Shown: in pieces, positions 19,394 to 27,215 of the stretch
How positions within the stretch are numbered: the first letter of the stretch is position 1
How the letters are laid out: each line of letters begins with the position of its first letter
DNA from: Candidatus Gottesmanbacteria bacterium
GTDB taxonomy: Bacteria; Patescibacteriota; Microgenomatia; JACOXO01
Assembly (NCBI GenBank): GCA_016182365.1
Contig: JACOXO010000014.1
Location: 2,294-66,293, forward strand
Length of the DNA: 64,000 nt
Direction of reading: 5' to 3'
Translations under genes and position numbers: made by a program
The notes under the pieces: model-generated
The model's input: only the letters and a program-made list of their open reading frames with translations
What the model was told of the DNA's origin: nothing
Database searches by the model: none

Positions 19394-20514
19394 AAACCAA
19401 AATTGCAATTGTAAGAGGAAAATTCTTAAATAAATTCGAGTTGCAATTCTTTGAGCCACTTGTAAGTAAATACCAACTTTTAGGAGTTGGCAGTAAGAGT
19501 GCTTTTGCCCATAAATACAAACTTCCAGTGGTTAAACTAGTATCGCCTGTTGATTTACCAGATTTTCCAGGGAAAATGCCAATTTTAAATAGATTATTTG
19601 TTGACGCCAACTATTTATATGGATTGGAAAAAGCAATAGAAGGCTATGATATTGCTCACTGTGCTGAGAGTTATTATCATTTTACCATTCAGTGTCTTAA
19701 TGCTAAGAAAAAAGGTTTAGTTAAAAAAGTAGTTGTAAGTATATATGAGAATATTCCTTTTGCAGCTGAGGGAATTTGGGGAAGAAAATCATTTAAAAAA
19801 AGAGTTTACAAAGAGTCAGATCATATAATTGCAGTTTCAAACAAAACTAAAAGCGCTCTTATAAAAGAAGGAGTAAGCAGTAAAAAAATTTCAGTTATTA
19901 CACAACATATTAATACCAATATATTTTATCCGGTCTCAAAAAAACGGAACAATATAACTATACTTTTTACTGGAAGACTAGAGATTTACAAAGGTGTGTT
20001 TGATTTTATGAATGCCGCAAATATATTAATAAAAGATAAAAATTTAAAAGATCATAAACTAACATTTATGATGGTAGGGCAGGGAAGTCAGAAGAATAAT
20101 TTAATTAAACTTCAAAAAAAACTTGGAATTGAAAAGTTTTTTTCTATGACTGCTATTCCTTACGAAAATATGCCAGCTGTCTATCAGGATGCTGATATTT
20201 TTATAGCTCCATCTAGAACCACAAAGCACTGGCAAGAACAGTTTTCAACTGTACTTCTAGAAGCTAAAGCTTCAGGTTTGGCAATCATCTCAACAAGAAC
20301 AGGTGGAATTCCGGAAAATGTAGGAACAGCCGGGATTTTGGTCAAAGAAGGGGATTATAGAGAAATTGCGAGAAATGCCAAAAAATTAATATTAGATAGC
20401 GACTATAGGGTTAAATTAGGTAAAATGGCGCGTAATAATGCAATTAGTAGATTTACAATTAACAAAGGCGCACAAAAGTTAGATAATATTTATGAAGCGG
20501 TTTTAGTGAGTTAA
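19390..20514 (+). CDS. Glycosyltransferase family 4
   Basis: FTGRL..YKG, WQEQFS.VLLEA, GGIPE. Confidence 0.9.
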   Translation: MKTKIAIVRGKFLNKFELQFFEPLVSKYQLLGVGSKSAFAHKYKLPVVKLVSPVDLPDFPGKMPILNRLFVDANYLYGLEKAIEGYDIAHCAESYYHFTIQCLNAKKKGLVKKVVVSIYENIPFAAEGIWGRKSFKKRVYKESDHIIAVSNKTKSALIKEGVSSKKISVITQHINTNIFYPVSKKRNNITILFTGRLEIYKGVFDFMNAANILIKDKNLKDHKLTFMMVGQGSQKNNLIKLQKKLGIEKFFSMTAIPYENMPAVYQDADIFIAPSRTTKHWQEQFSTVLLEAKASGLAIISTRTGGIPENVGTAGILVKEGDYREIARNAKKLILDSDYRVKLGKMARNNAISRFTINKGAQKLDNIYEAVLVS

Positions 20515-21663
20515 CAAATAAATAATGATAAAAATTATATTAACAGTTGCGGAAACGAAGATTACCTGATGAGGATTTAAATTAATATATTTTTTCCACT
20601 TTTCTCTTTTAAAAATTTCTGCAAAGCCGAAACTTATCATAGGCAGGCAACTTATTAGCATTCTAATTCCAAATGATCCACCTTGGTCCCAGCTACTCCA
20701 GGATGAAATAAAATAAAACATTATAAGAATTGTGACAATAAATATTTTGATAAATTTCTCTTTAACTTTAAAAAGTCCTAAAAATCCCAAAAAAACAAAA
20801 GGTGTCCATAAAAGAAGACCGGTATTTTGGTTCAGAAGCAGTCGTGAGAGCTGAGGATTAAAAAAGGAAAAACCTTCATTTCCGTCCAGATAAGGACTCA
20901 AGAATGTGCCGTAAATAGTTAACCAAAAAATGATTTGTATTGTAAAAATGGATACAAATCCAGTGGTAAATAAAATACCTTTTCTCATCCTGTCATTTTC
21001 TTGCATAAAGAAATAAACAGCAGGAATAATCAGTAACCCATCTATCGTTCTGGAAATTGCTATCCATCCCAAGGAAATCCCGGCAAATAACCATTTAATT
21101 AGGTTTTGCTTTTGAGTCAAAAGAATGAAAAATAAAACACTTGCAAAAAAAAATGATGCAGCGTGTGAATTCACAGGATCAAATGATGTGTAAAAAAATA
21201 GATTTGTTGCAAAGAGCGTAAATAACGTTGCTGATCGGGCGACTTTACTTGAGTAGTATTTAGCTAAGGTGCAATAGAGAAAATACAAACCTGCAAATAC
21301 CACAACAATATTTATAATTCCTGAAAATATCTGGTAAATTTGTAATTCACCAAGTTGATTGCATGTAAAAGTAGTTTCTAATGCGCAGTGAAAAACCCCA
21401 GTTACAAACAAGAAAGGGAGCAATATTAGTGCAGGCCCTGGAGGGTATTTGTTTACCAAAAGTCCTGTATTTGAAGTCCATTCATTAATTGAAAATAACT
21501 CAAATTCGTTTTCAAAGTTAAAATCCTGATCAAATGCTAAGGATTTAGCAATCGAGTAATAGTATCTTCCATCTCCCCATACAACCGATCCCACAATTTT
21601 GATATGAACAAGGAAAATTATTAAACAGATTATAAAAGAAATTAGAAAAATCCTTTTATCCAT
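20503..21663 (-). CDS. Polytopic membrane protein, probable GT-C glycosyltransferase
   Basis: GDGRYYY, KYPPG, WDQGGSFGIR; many transmembrane segments; start set to ATG 21663. Confidence 0.6.
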   Translation of the reverse strand: MDKRIFLISFIICLIIFLVHIKIVGSVVWGDGRYYYSIAKSLAFDQDFNFENEFELFSINEWTSNTGLLVNKYPPGPALILLPFLFVTGVFHCALETTFTCNQLGELQIYQIFSGIINIVVVFAGLYFLYCTLAKYYSSKVARSATLFTLFATNLFFYTSFDPVNSHAASFFFASVLFFILLTQKQNLIKWLFAGISLGWIAISRTIDGLLIIPAVYFFMQENDRMRKGILFTTGFVSIFTIQIIFWLTIYGTFLSPYLDGNEGFSFFNPQLSRLLLNQNTGLLLWTPFVFLGFLGLFKVKEKFIKIFIVTILIMFYFISSWSSWDQGGSFGIRMLISCLPMISFGFAEIFKREKWKKYINLNPHQVIFVSATVNIIFIIIYLLTH

Positions 21664-21698
21664 GCTGTAATTGTATCGTTTTGGTACAATGGCCACAA

Positions 21699-22439
21699 AT
21701 GATTTCAGCAGTTGTTATTACAAAAAACGAACAGGAAATAATTAGCAGGTGTTTAAGTAAACTTAAATTTTGCAATGAAATAATAATTGTTGATGATTTT
21801 TCAACTGATAATACATTAAAAATTGCCAAAAAGTATACATCAAAAATATTCAAACATCATCTTTCTGACAATTTTTCTGACCAGAGAAATTTTGGACTTA
21901 GGAAAGCTAAAAACAACTGGGTTCTATTTGTTGACAGTGATGAAATAATTACATTCTCTTTAGCTAAAGAAATTACTAGTAAAATAAACAATTCTTCAAA
22001 TGATGCATATTATATTAAAAGAATAGATTACTTTTTTGGGAAAAGAATGAACTGGGGAGAATTTTTGAACAAAAAGTTTATAAGACTGATTAAAAAAAAT
22101 AAGGGGAAGTGGGTACGTCCAGTACATGAATACTGGTTTACAAAGGGAAAAGTGGGAATTCTTAATAATCACATAAAGCATTATTCCCATTCATCAATTA
22201 GTGTGCTTATTAATAAAATAAACTATTACTCGGGTATCAATGCAAATTATCTTTATTATCAGAAAGAGCGAGGAAGTATGTTTGAAGTATTTTTTTACCC
22301 GAGTATAAAATTTATTCATAATTATATACTCAAACTTGGATTTTTAGATGGTTTTTACGGTCTAATATTTTCCATGTTTATGTCTTTACACTCGTTTCTA
22401 TCCCGATTAAAACTTTATTTTCTTTGGTATGGTCGCTAG
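21699..22439 (+). CDS. Glycosyltransferase family 2
   Basis: ISAVVITKNE, VDDFSTD, FVDSDE, VHE. Confidence 0.9.
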   Translation: MISAVVITKNEQEIISRCLSKLKFCNEIIIVDDFSTDNTLKIAKKYTSKIFKHHLSDNFSDQRNFGLRKAKNNWVLFVDSDEIITFSLAKEITSKINNSSNDAYYIKRIDYFFGKRMNWGEFLNKKFIRLIKKNKGKWVRPVHEYWFTKGKVGILNNHIKHYSHSSISVLINKINYYSGINANYLYYQKERGSMFEVFFYPSIKFIHNYILKLGFLDGFYGLIFSMFMSLHSFLSRLKLYFLWYGR

Positions 22440-23535
22440 ATTTTTATTCTACTCGATATTTGCCGTATACCCTTTGGGTTTAATAGTTTATTTTCCAATA
22501 GCTAGCCAGGGTAAAATACCGTTTTTAGATATTATTACTTGTTTATTTATAATTTCAACTTTATTTGTAAGAAATCCGGTCAAAAAAATATTTCTTAAAA
22601 AACAAATTCTTATTTTTTTATTTGTTTCTCTACTAGCTATTGCAATAAATATGATTTTAAAAAATCACTATTCAATATCAGATCTATTTTATTTTATCAG
22701 AATATCATTTTATTTTTTGTTTTACATCAGAATATTTTTTGTGTTTAATAAGTCAAACGCATTCAGGATTAATTGGATACTTTTAATATCAGGATTTGTA
22801 TTTTCTGCCTTCGGGCTTTTACAATATCTTTTATACCCGGACCTTAGAAATTTAATGTATTTAGGATGGGATCCTCACTACTTTAGGTTATTTTCAACAG
22901 TTTTTGATCCTAATTTTGCAGGAATAATCATTGTCTTAACTTTTTTCCAACTAATATTCATAATGTGGTTAGATAAAAAGAGTGTCTATCGTTTTCTCTA
23001 TCCACTGCTGATTATAATTCTTCTAGTTGCGATATACTTAACTCGGTCAAGAAGCGCTTATTTATCATTTATCTCGGGTATGATAGTTTTAATATTTTTC
23101 AAAAAATATATAAACAAAATGCTTATTGGAGTTACAGCAATCGTTATTTTGCTATCAAGTTTTATTCCTAAACCAGCATTTAATGTATTAGATACTTTTA
23201 GGGTTTCCTCATCTATAAGCAGAGTCAATAATTGGTTGATTGCTTTAAAACTTGGGTTTGCAAATATTTTAACCGGAGTTGGTTATTCTGAGGCTAGTTT
23301 TTCAGATTCTTCGTTATTGTATATCTTCGGCGCAACTGGAATTTTGTCTTTAGCAGCTCTTTTTAATGTTCTATTTAAAATATTTCGATTTTCCCTAAAG
23401 AAAGACAAAGAATTATTTGTTATCACTGTTGTAGTTATTGTGAGTAGTTTTTTCAACAATACGCTTTTCTATCCCTTCGTAGCAGTATGGTTTTTTGCTT
23501 TTTTGGCGTCTTCTGTTATCCGTTATTCCTCATAA
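22429..23535 (+). CDS. O-antigen ligase/polymerase-like membrane protein
   Basis: RLFSTVFDPN, LTRSRSA, SR..NW, G.G motifs; multiple transmembrane helices. Confidence 0.75.
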   Translation: MVARFLFYSIFAVYPLGLIVYFPIASQGKIPFLDIITCLFIISTLFVRNPVKKIFLKKQILIFLFVSLLAIAINMILKNHYSISDLFYFIRISFYFLFYIRIFFVFNKSNAFRINWILLISGFVFSAFGLLQYLLYPDLRNLMYLGWDPHYFRLFSTVFDPNFAGIIIVLTFFQLIFIMWLDKKSVYRFLYPLLIIILLVAIYLTRSRSAYLSFISGMIVLIFFKKYINKMLIGVTAIVILLSSFIPKPAFNVLDTFRVSSSISRVNNWLIALKLGFANILTGVGYSEASFSDSSLLYIFGATGILSLAALFNVLFKIFRFSLKKDKELFVITVVVIVSSFFNNTLFYPFVAVWFFAFLASSVIRYSS

Positions 23536-24230
23536 ATGATTTTTAATTCTTTTTGGCTGGTATTGCCGGCTATATCTATTGCTTTGATAATAATATTATT
23601 TTCGCCGGTTGATAAGGTAAAGTTAATATTAAAGTTGCCGTTTGGGTCTGTATATACAAATCTGTCATTTACGGTAATATCTGTATTTTTATCTGTTTTT
23701 CCTTCGATTGTAAGCTGCTTGTCTCGTGTTGTTGTGTTAGTTTGCGGTTTTGTAATTTCCAACTGTGGTGGAACATTTAAATAAGATACTGTAAAAGTAC
23801 TTGAGGGTTGACTTTGTAAGTTGTTGATTTTAGATATGGTGTAAATTTCATTATCTCCTGATTGAAGGCGGGCCTTATTAAAAATAAATGTTCCTTCTTT
23901 GCCAACTAACACTTCGTCCTGCTTTGAGCCATTAACATATAAAAGTACAGATGAACCTGATGTAGAAGAACCTGTAATAGAAATAGTTGCGGTATTTGTT
24001 GCAGTAACTGGAGGATCGAGAATTGGTTCTAATACAATTGTCTCATCATTAGCGATATTAACATTGTCCTTTTTAAATCCGCCAATAAAGCTTCCAATTG
24101 ATGATAGCGCAGGTATACCACCAACTATAAAAAGTATAAGAAGAACAATAATTGCAATGATAGTTATTGCAGTAAACTGCATATTTTTTTTATCCTGTGA
24201 ATAGCGTCTTCGTAGTGGATTATGTCTCAT
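23523..24230 (-). CDS. Membrane-anchored protein with Ig-like domains
   Basis: Single N-terminal transmembrane helix; GDNEI, GENNIIIKAID.AGN Ig-like repeats. Confidence 0.65.
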   Translation of the reverse strand: MRHNPLRRRYSQDKKNMQFTAITIIAIIVLLILFIVGGIPALSSIGSFIGGFKKDNVNIANDETIVLEPILDPPVTATNTATISITGSSTSGSSVLLYVNGSKQDEVLVGKEGTFIFNKARLQSGDNEIYTISKINNLQSQPSSTFTVSYLNVPPQLEITKPQTNTTTRDKQLTIEGKTDKNTDITVNDRFVYTDPNGNFNINFTLSTGENNIIIKAIDIAGNTSQKELKIIYEE

Positions 24231-24264
24231 AATGTTTTTTTATTATATACCTTTGAGCCTAAGG

Positions 24265-24281
24265 TCCCGCAGTATGCGGGA
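24265..24281. repeat. TCCCGC...GCGGGA hairpin occupying the T-arm of the outer tRNA-Thr
   Basis: TCCCGCA-GTA-TGCGGGA perfect inverted repeat. Confidence 0.8.
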
Positions 24282-24307
24282 CAACCTACGCTTTACGAAA
24301 GCGCCGC

Positions 24308-24413
24308 CCCGCCTGCCAAAGCCTTTGAGCCAACGGTGAGAGTCGAACTCACGACCTGCTGTTTACGAAACAGCTGCTCTACCACTAAGCTACGTTGGCA
24401 AATGGCGGGCAGG
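24308..24413 (-). mobile_element. tRNA-carrying hairpin cassette (Thr)
   Basis: Minus strand CCTGCCCGCC-ATTT-[tRNA-Thr]-CAAAG-GCTTTGGCAGGCGGG. Confidence 0.72.
24328..24399 (-). tRNA. tRNA-Thr(CGT), intact, CCA not encoded
   Basis: GCCAACG/CGTTGGC acceptor stem, GCTGT-TTCGTAA-ACAGC anticodon arm, GTGAG-TTCGACT-CTCAC T-arm. Confidence 0.95.
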
Positions 24414-24463
24414 TCTACCAACTGAGCTAAGACGGCTTAAATCTAGGGATTTTTTTACCATTT

Positions 24464-24871
24464 TTAACTTTCATATTCCCAAGGAAATTTTACCACTTCA
24501 TTGATTTTTCTTAAATAATAGTCAGGTTTTATTTCAGATTTATTGGTAATATATAGACAAGCTGTTTTTACTATTGCGCCTTCATTTTCTAGGTATTGTT
24601 TTGCAGTAATTAAACTTCTACCAGTTTCTAGTATATCCTCAACAAGCAATACTTTTTTGTTATTGATATCTTCATTAATTATTGACGTAATTCTTCTATT
24701 ATTGCCAATTTTTTTCACAGTCAAACAATACATATCACCAACTTTAAGTAAACTGGATAAAATCCGCGCAGGTACAATACCACCTCTAACTATTCCTACA
24801 AGAATATCAGGCGAATAGTCAATCTTCTTGCTTAAATCTATAATTTCCTTCTGAAACCCCACCCAATTCAT
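24464..24871 (-). CDS. Type I phosphoribosyltransferase (purine-salvage-like)
   Basis: GIVRGGIVPA, VLLVEDILETGRSL PRPP-binding motif, FPWE. Confidence 0.85.
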   Translation of the reverse strand: MNWVGFQKEIIDLSKKIDYSPDILVGIVRGGIVPARILSSLLKVGDMYCLTVKKIGNNRRITSIINEDINNKKVLLVEDILETGRSLITAKQYLENEGAIVKTACLYITNKSEIKPDYYLRKINEVVKFPWEYES

Positions 24872-25596
24872 AATTTCTGTTTCTTAAATATAACTAGATG
24901 CCACAAAGTAACATTTTCCATTTTTTTAAATCTTGGATACTGTTCCATCCACTCTATAGTTGGAATCATAGATTTATTTTCAACCAATTTTAAATCATAT
25001 TTTTCTCCAGCCGTTTGATAAATTGATACTTTTCTAACCAAATCTGCCAGTGTTCCGAAATCCGGCCTTGTTACCATGCAGGCAAATTCTTTTGAAGATA
25101 TTTTTTCAAATTTAATATTGTAACCATGGCGTTTACGATTAAAATAATCATAGTCGGGAATTATTGTTTGAAGTTTTCCGGTATTTTTTAAAAGCGATGA
25201 CAGTTTTTTAAATGCAAAGTCAATATTCAATACATGGTTTAAGGACATTATCGCGGTTATATAATCAAATTTCTTTTTTGAAACAAAGGATTCCAACATC
25301 GTCTTTTCCATTTTGATTTTTGGGAAATATTTTTTTGCTATTTCAATATTTCTTTTTGCCGGCTCTAAACCAATTGCTGATTTTACACCTAATTTATAAG
25401 CTTCATTTAACATCCACCCAGTTCCGGCACCAACATCTAGAAGATCTTTATTTTTCCATTCAGATGTGTATGGCAATAAATATTCCCAAAATACTCTAGT
25501 TAGAGGGGAATCTAATCCTACGCCATGGTAAGGCCAGCCTGTATCCGGTAAATCATACTGGTGAGGATTAATAGCTCTATTTAATACATTGCCCAT
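24868..25596 (-). CDS. Class I SAM-dependent methyltransferase
   Basis: LLDVGAGTG, SLNH; start set to ATG 25596 because the longer ORF runs through tRNA-Gly. Confidence 0.8.
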   Translation of the reverse strand: MGNVLNRAINPHQYDLPDTGWPYHGVGLDSPLTRVFWEYLLPYTSEWKNKDLLDVGAGTGWMLNEAYKLGVKSAIGLEPAKRNIEIAKKYFPKIKMEKTMLESFVSKKKFDYITAIMSLNHVLNIDFAFKKLSSLLKNTGKLQTIIPDYDYFNRKRHGYNIKFEKISSKEFACMVTRPDFGTLADLVRKVSIYQTAGEKYDLKLVENKSMIPTIEWMEQYPRFKKMENVTLWHLVIFKKQKL

Positions 25597-25606
25597 ATAG
25601 TTAGTG

Positions 25607-25678
25607 AGCGGGCGATGGGAATTGGACCCACTGTCTTCTCCTTGGGAAGGAGACATTTTACCGGTAAACTACGCCCGC
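25607..25678 (-). tRNA. tRNA-Gly(CCC), complete; T-loop TCC variant; CCA not encoded
   Basis: GCGGGCG/CGCCCGC acceptor stem, TCTCC-TTCCCAA-GGAGA anticodon arm, GTGGG-TCCAATT-CCCAT T-arm. Confidence 0.88.
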
Positions 25679-25941
25679 TTAGTTAAATAATTTAATAATC
25701 TTCGTTTAATATAACCTCTTCCAAATCCAGTTTTCAATTGTTTCTCTCTTACCAGTGCGTCCTTTTTATTAAGACAAGCTTCATAATAAACTAGCTTTAT
25801 TTTATCAAAACTTTTTGTAGTTTCGTTACTCTTTGTTAAATGTCCATCAACTCTATTCTTAAGGTTTTCAGATGAACCAATATAAAATTTATTTCTACCT
25901 CGTTTAGTATCAATACATTGAAGTACGTATGTATAAAACAT
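25669..25941 (-). CDS. Small GIY-YIG nuclease (intact)
   Basis: FYTYVL...FYIGSS..LKNR...H...LVYYEA...A..RE..LKTG.GR; the stop codon is nt 8-10 of tRNA-Gly. Confidence 0.9.
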   Translation of the reverse strand: MFYTYVLQCIDTKRGRNKFYIGSSENLKNRVDGHLTKSNETTKSFDKIKLVYYEACLNKKDALVREKQLKTGFGRGYIKRRLLNYLTKRA

Positions 25942-25947
25942 ATTTTA

Positions 25948-26043
25948 TCCTTGCCCGACCAAAGCTTCGCATTGTGTCGGGTCCGCCAAATTGCGTTGCT
26001 TTTGGCGGAGGAAGGAAGCATTCTACCGTTGAATTACCACCGC
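25948..26043 (-). pseudogene. 5' half of a second tRNA-Gly(CCC), split in the anticodon
   Basis: GCGGTGG-TAATTCAACGGTAGAAT-G-CTTCC-TTCC|insert 26009-25954|CAA-GGA, then the GIY-YIG gene. Confidence 0.8.
25954..26009. repeat. Hairpin doublet inserted in the tRNA-Gly anticodon
   Basis: CCCGAC..GTCGGG (25954-25981) abutting TCCGCCAAA..TTTGGCGGA (25982-26009); each is 28 bp. Confidence 0.88.
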
Positions 26044-26111
26044 TTCTGGGCTAATTTTATCAGAAATACATAAATTTTGTATGTATGTTATGATCAAAAT
26101 ATAATCTAACT

Positions 26112-26372
26112 ATGTCTATTGTAGCTCCAACCGCACCAATTTTGACTACGCAAGATAAGATTCTAAGCCTTTTAGTTTTTATTATTATATTAATTCTGGG
26201 TTGGGCATCAATAGAAGTATTTGTTGGTATGCTTCAATTACTTTTCGCTCCAAAACAATCAACAGTCAAAATAAATGCACCAAAACGTATAAAAATAGGA
26301 TGTCTTACGCTTTTTATAGCTGTATTAATATTCTTTTTGCTTGGATCTCTTATTCGCGCTATGGGAGGATGA
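26112..26372 (+). CDS. Hypothetical small membrane protein
   Basis: Two hydrophobic helices; TATAAT 6 nt upstream of the ATG. Confidence 0.5.
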   Translation: MSIVAPTAPILTTQDKILSLLVFIIILILGWASIEVFVGMLQLLFAPKQSTVKINAPKRIKIGCLTLFIAVLIFFLLGSLIRAMGG

Positions 26373-26961
26373 GAACATTGCCGGCGTGAATTATATCAGG
26401 GTTGGCGAGATTATTAGCTCTTGCAATCTCAACCCATTTGTAGCCATCATTATAATGCGCTACAGCTATTTTCCATAGGCTATCTCCATGAACAACTGTA
26501 TAGTTAGAACTTGAAATCTCTTCACCTTTTATTTGCGGCGTATCGATTTGCTGTGATGCGGTTGGTTCTTCAACTAAAGTAGGTTCCGGACTAGGAGAAA
26601 CCGCATTTTGTGCAACTAATATCGGCGTTACATTAGGAATAATTAATTGTTGCCCAACTTCTAAGGATTCCTGACCTGACAAATTATTAGATTCAGCTAT
26701 ATCTTTCCAGTTATAACCGCTCTGGAAATATTTTTCAGATACCGACCATAATGTTTCTCCTTCAATAACAGTATGAGTTATTGGAAAATCAACTTGACCG
26801 ATTTCTTCTGTCTGTTGTCCTTCCTCAGTAATTTCTGGTTCGCTTTTAGAAGAAAAATAATTAAACAAAAGAACGCCGACGATTAAAACTACTAAAAGTC
26901 CAAGACCCATAGATATATATGAATCGGATAGATCTAATTCTTTCATTAAACGTTTCCACAT
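26359..26961 (-). CDS. Membrane-anchored protein with two LysM domains
   Basis: HTVIEGETLW.. and YTVVHGDSLWKIA...IARANNL.NPD.I. Confidence 0.9.
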   Translation of the reverse strand: MWKRLMKELDLSDSYISMGLGLLVVLIVGVLLFNYFSSKSEPEITEEGQQTEEIGQVDFPITHTVIEGETLWSVSEKYFQSGYNWKDIAESNNLSGQESLEVGQQLIIPNVTPILVAQNAVSPSPEPTLVEEPTASQQIDTPQIKGEEISSSNYTVVHGDSLWKIAVAHYNDGYKWVEIARANNLANPDIIHAGNVLILP

Positions 26962-27058
26962 AGTTAATTACCTTTCAAATATTAATATTTTTACGAATAA
27001 TAAAATTTTCTCTAGGATTGTAAGAAATGATTTCAAAAAATGCAAGGGGGCAAATATA

Positions 27059-27135
27059 TGGCGGGATCGACGGGATTCGAACCCGCGGCCTTTTCCTTGA
27101 CAGGGAAACGCTCTAACCAGTTGAGCTACGACCCC
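27059..27135 (-). tRNA. tRNA-Asp(GTC), CCA encoded
   Basis: GGGGTCG/CGATCCC acceptor stem, TTTCC-CTGTCAA-GGAAA anticodon arm, GGTTCGAATCC, ends in GCCA. Confidence 0.96.
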
Positions 27136-27215
27136 TTGAATTTATTGTTAAATTTATATTCGGATAATAACAGATTGTTGTAATGAGGTCAACGAATCTG
27201 GTAGTATTAGCGTGT

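Larger units (their letters stand above)
24254..24436 (-). pseudogene. Disrupted outer tRNA-Thr(CGT)
   Basis: Removing insert 24308-24413 gives GCCGTCT-TAGCTCAGTTGGTAGA|GC-G-GCGCT-TTCGTAA-AGCGT-AGGTT-G; the T-arm is replaced by hairpin TCCCGCATACTGCGGGA, followed by ..GGCTCA. Confidence 0.82.

Noticed and set aside
24222-24425. 67-aa + strand ORF
   Set aside because: Antisense to the nested tRNA-Thr locus; spurious.
25597-25656. N-terminal extension of the methyltransferase ORF
   Set aside because: It overlaps tRNA-Gly; ATG 25596 is more plausible.
25836-26021. 61-aa minus-strand ORF
   Set aside because: It spans the tRNA-Gly remnant and hairpins and overlaps the GIY-YIG gene out of frame.
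24250-26043. Prophage or integrative island at the tRNA cluster
   Set aside because: No integrase or phage genes, and the duplicate tRNAs are divergent rather than identical att repeats.
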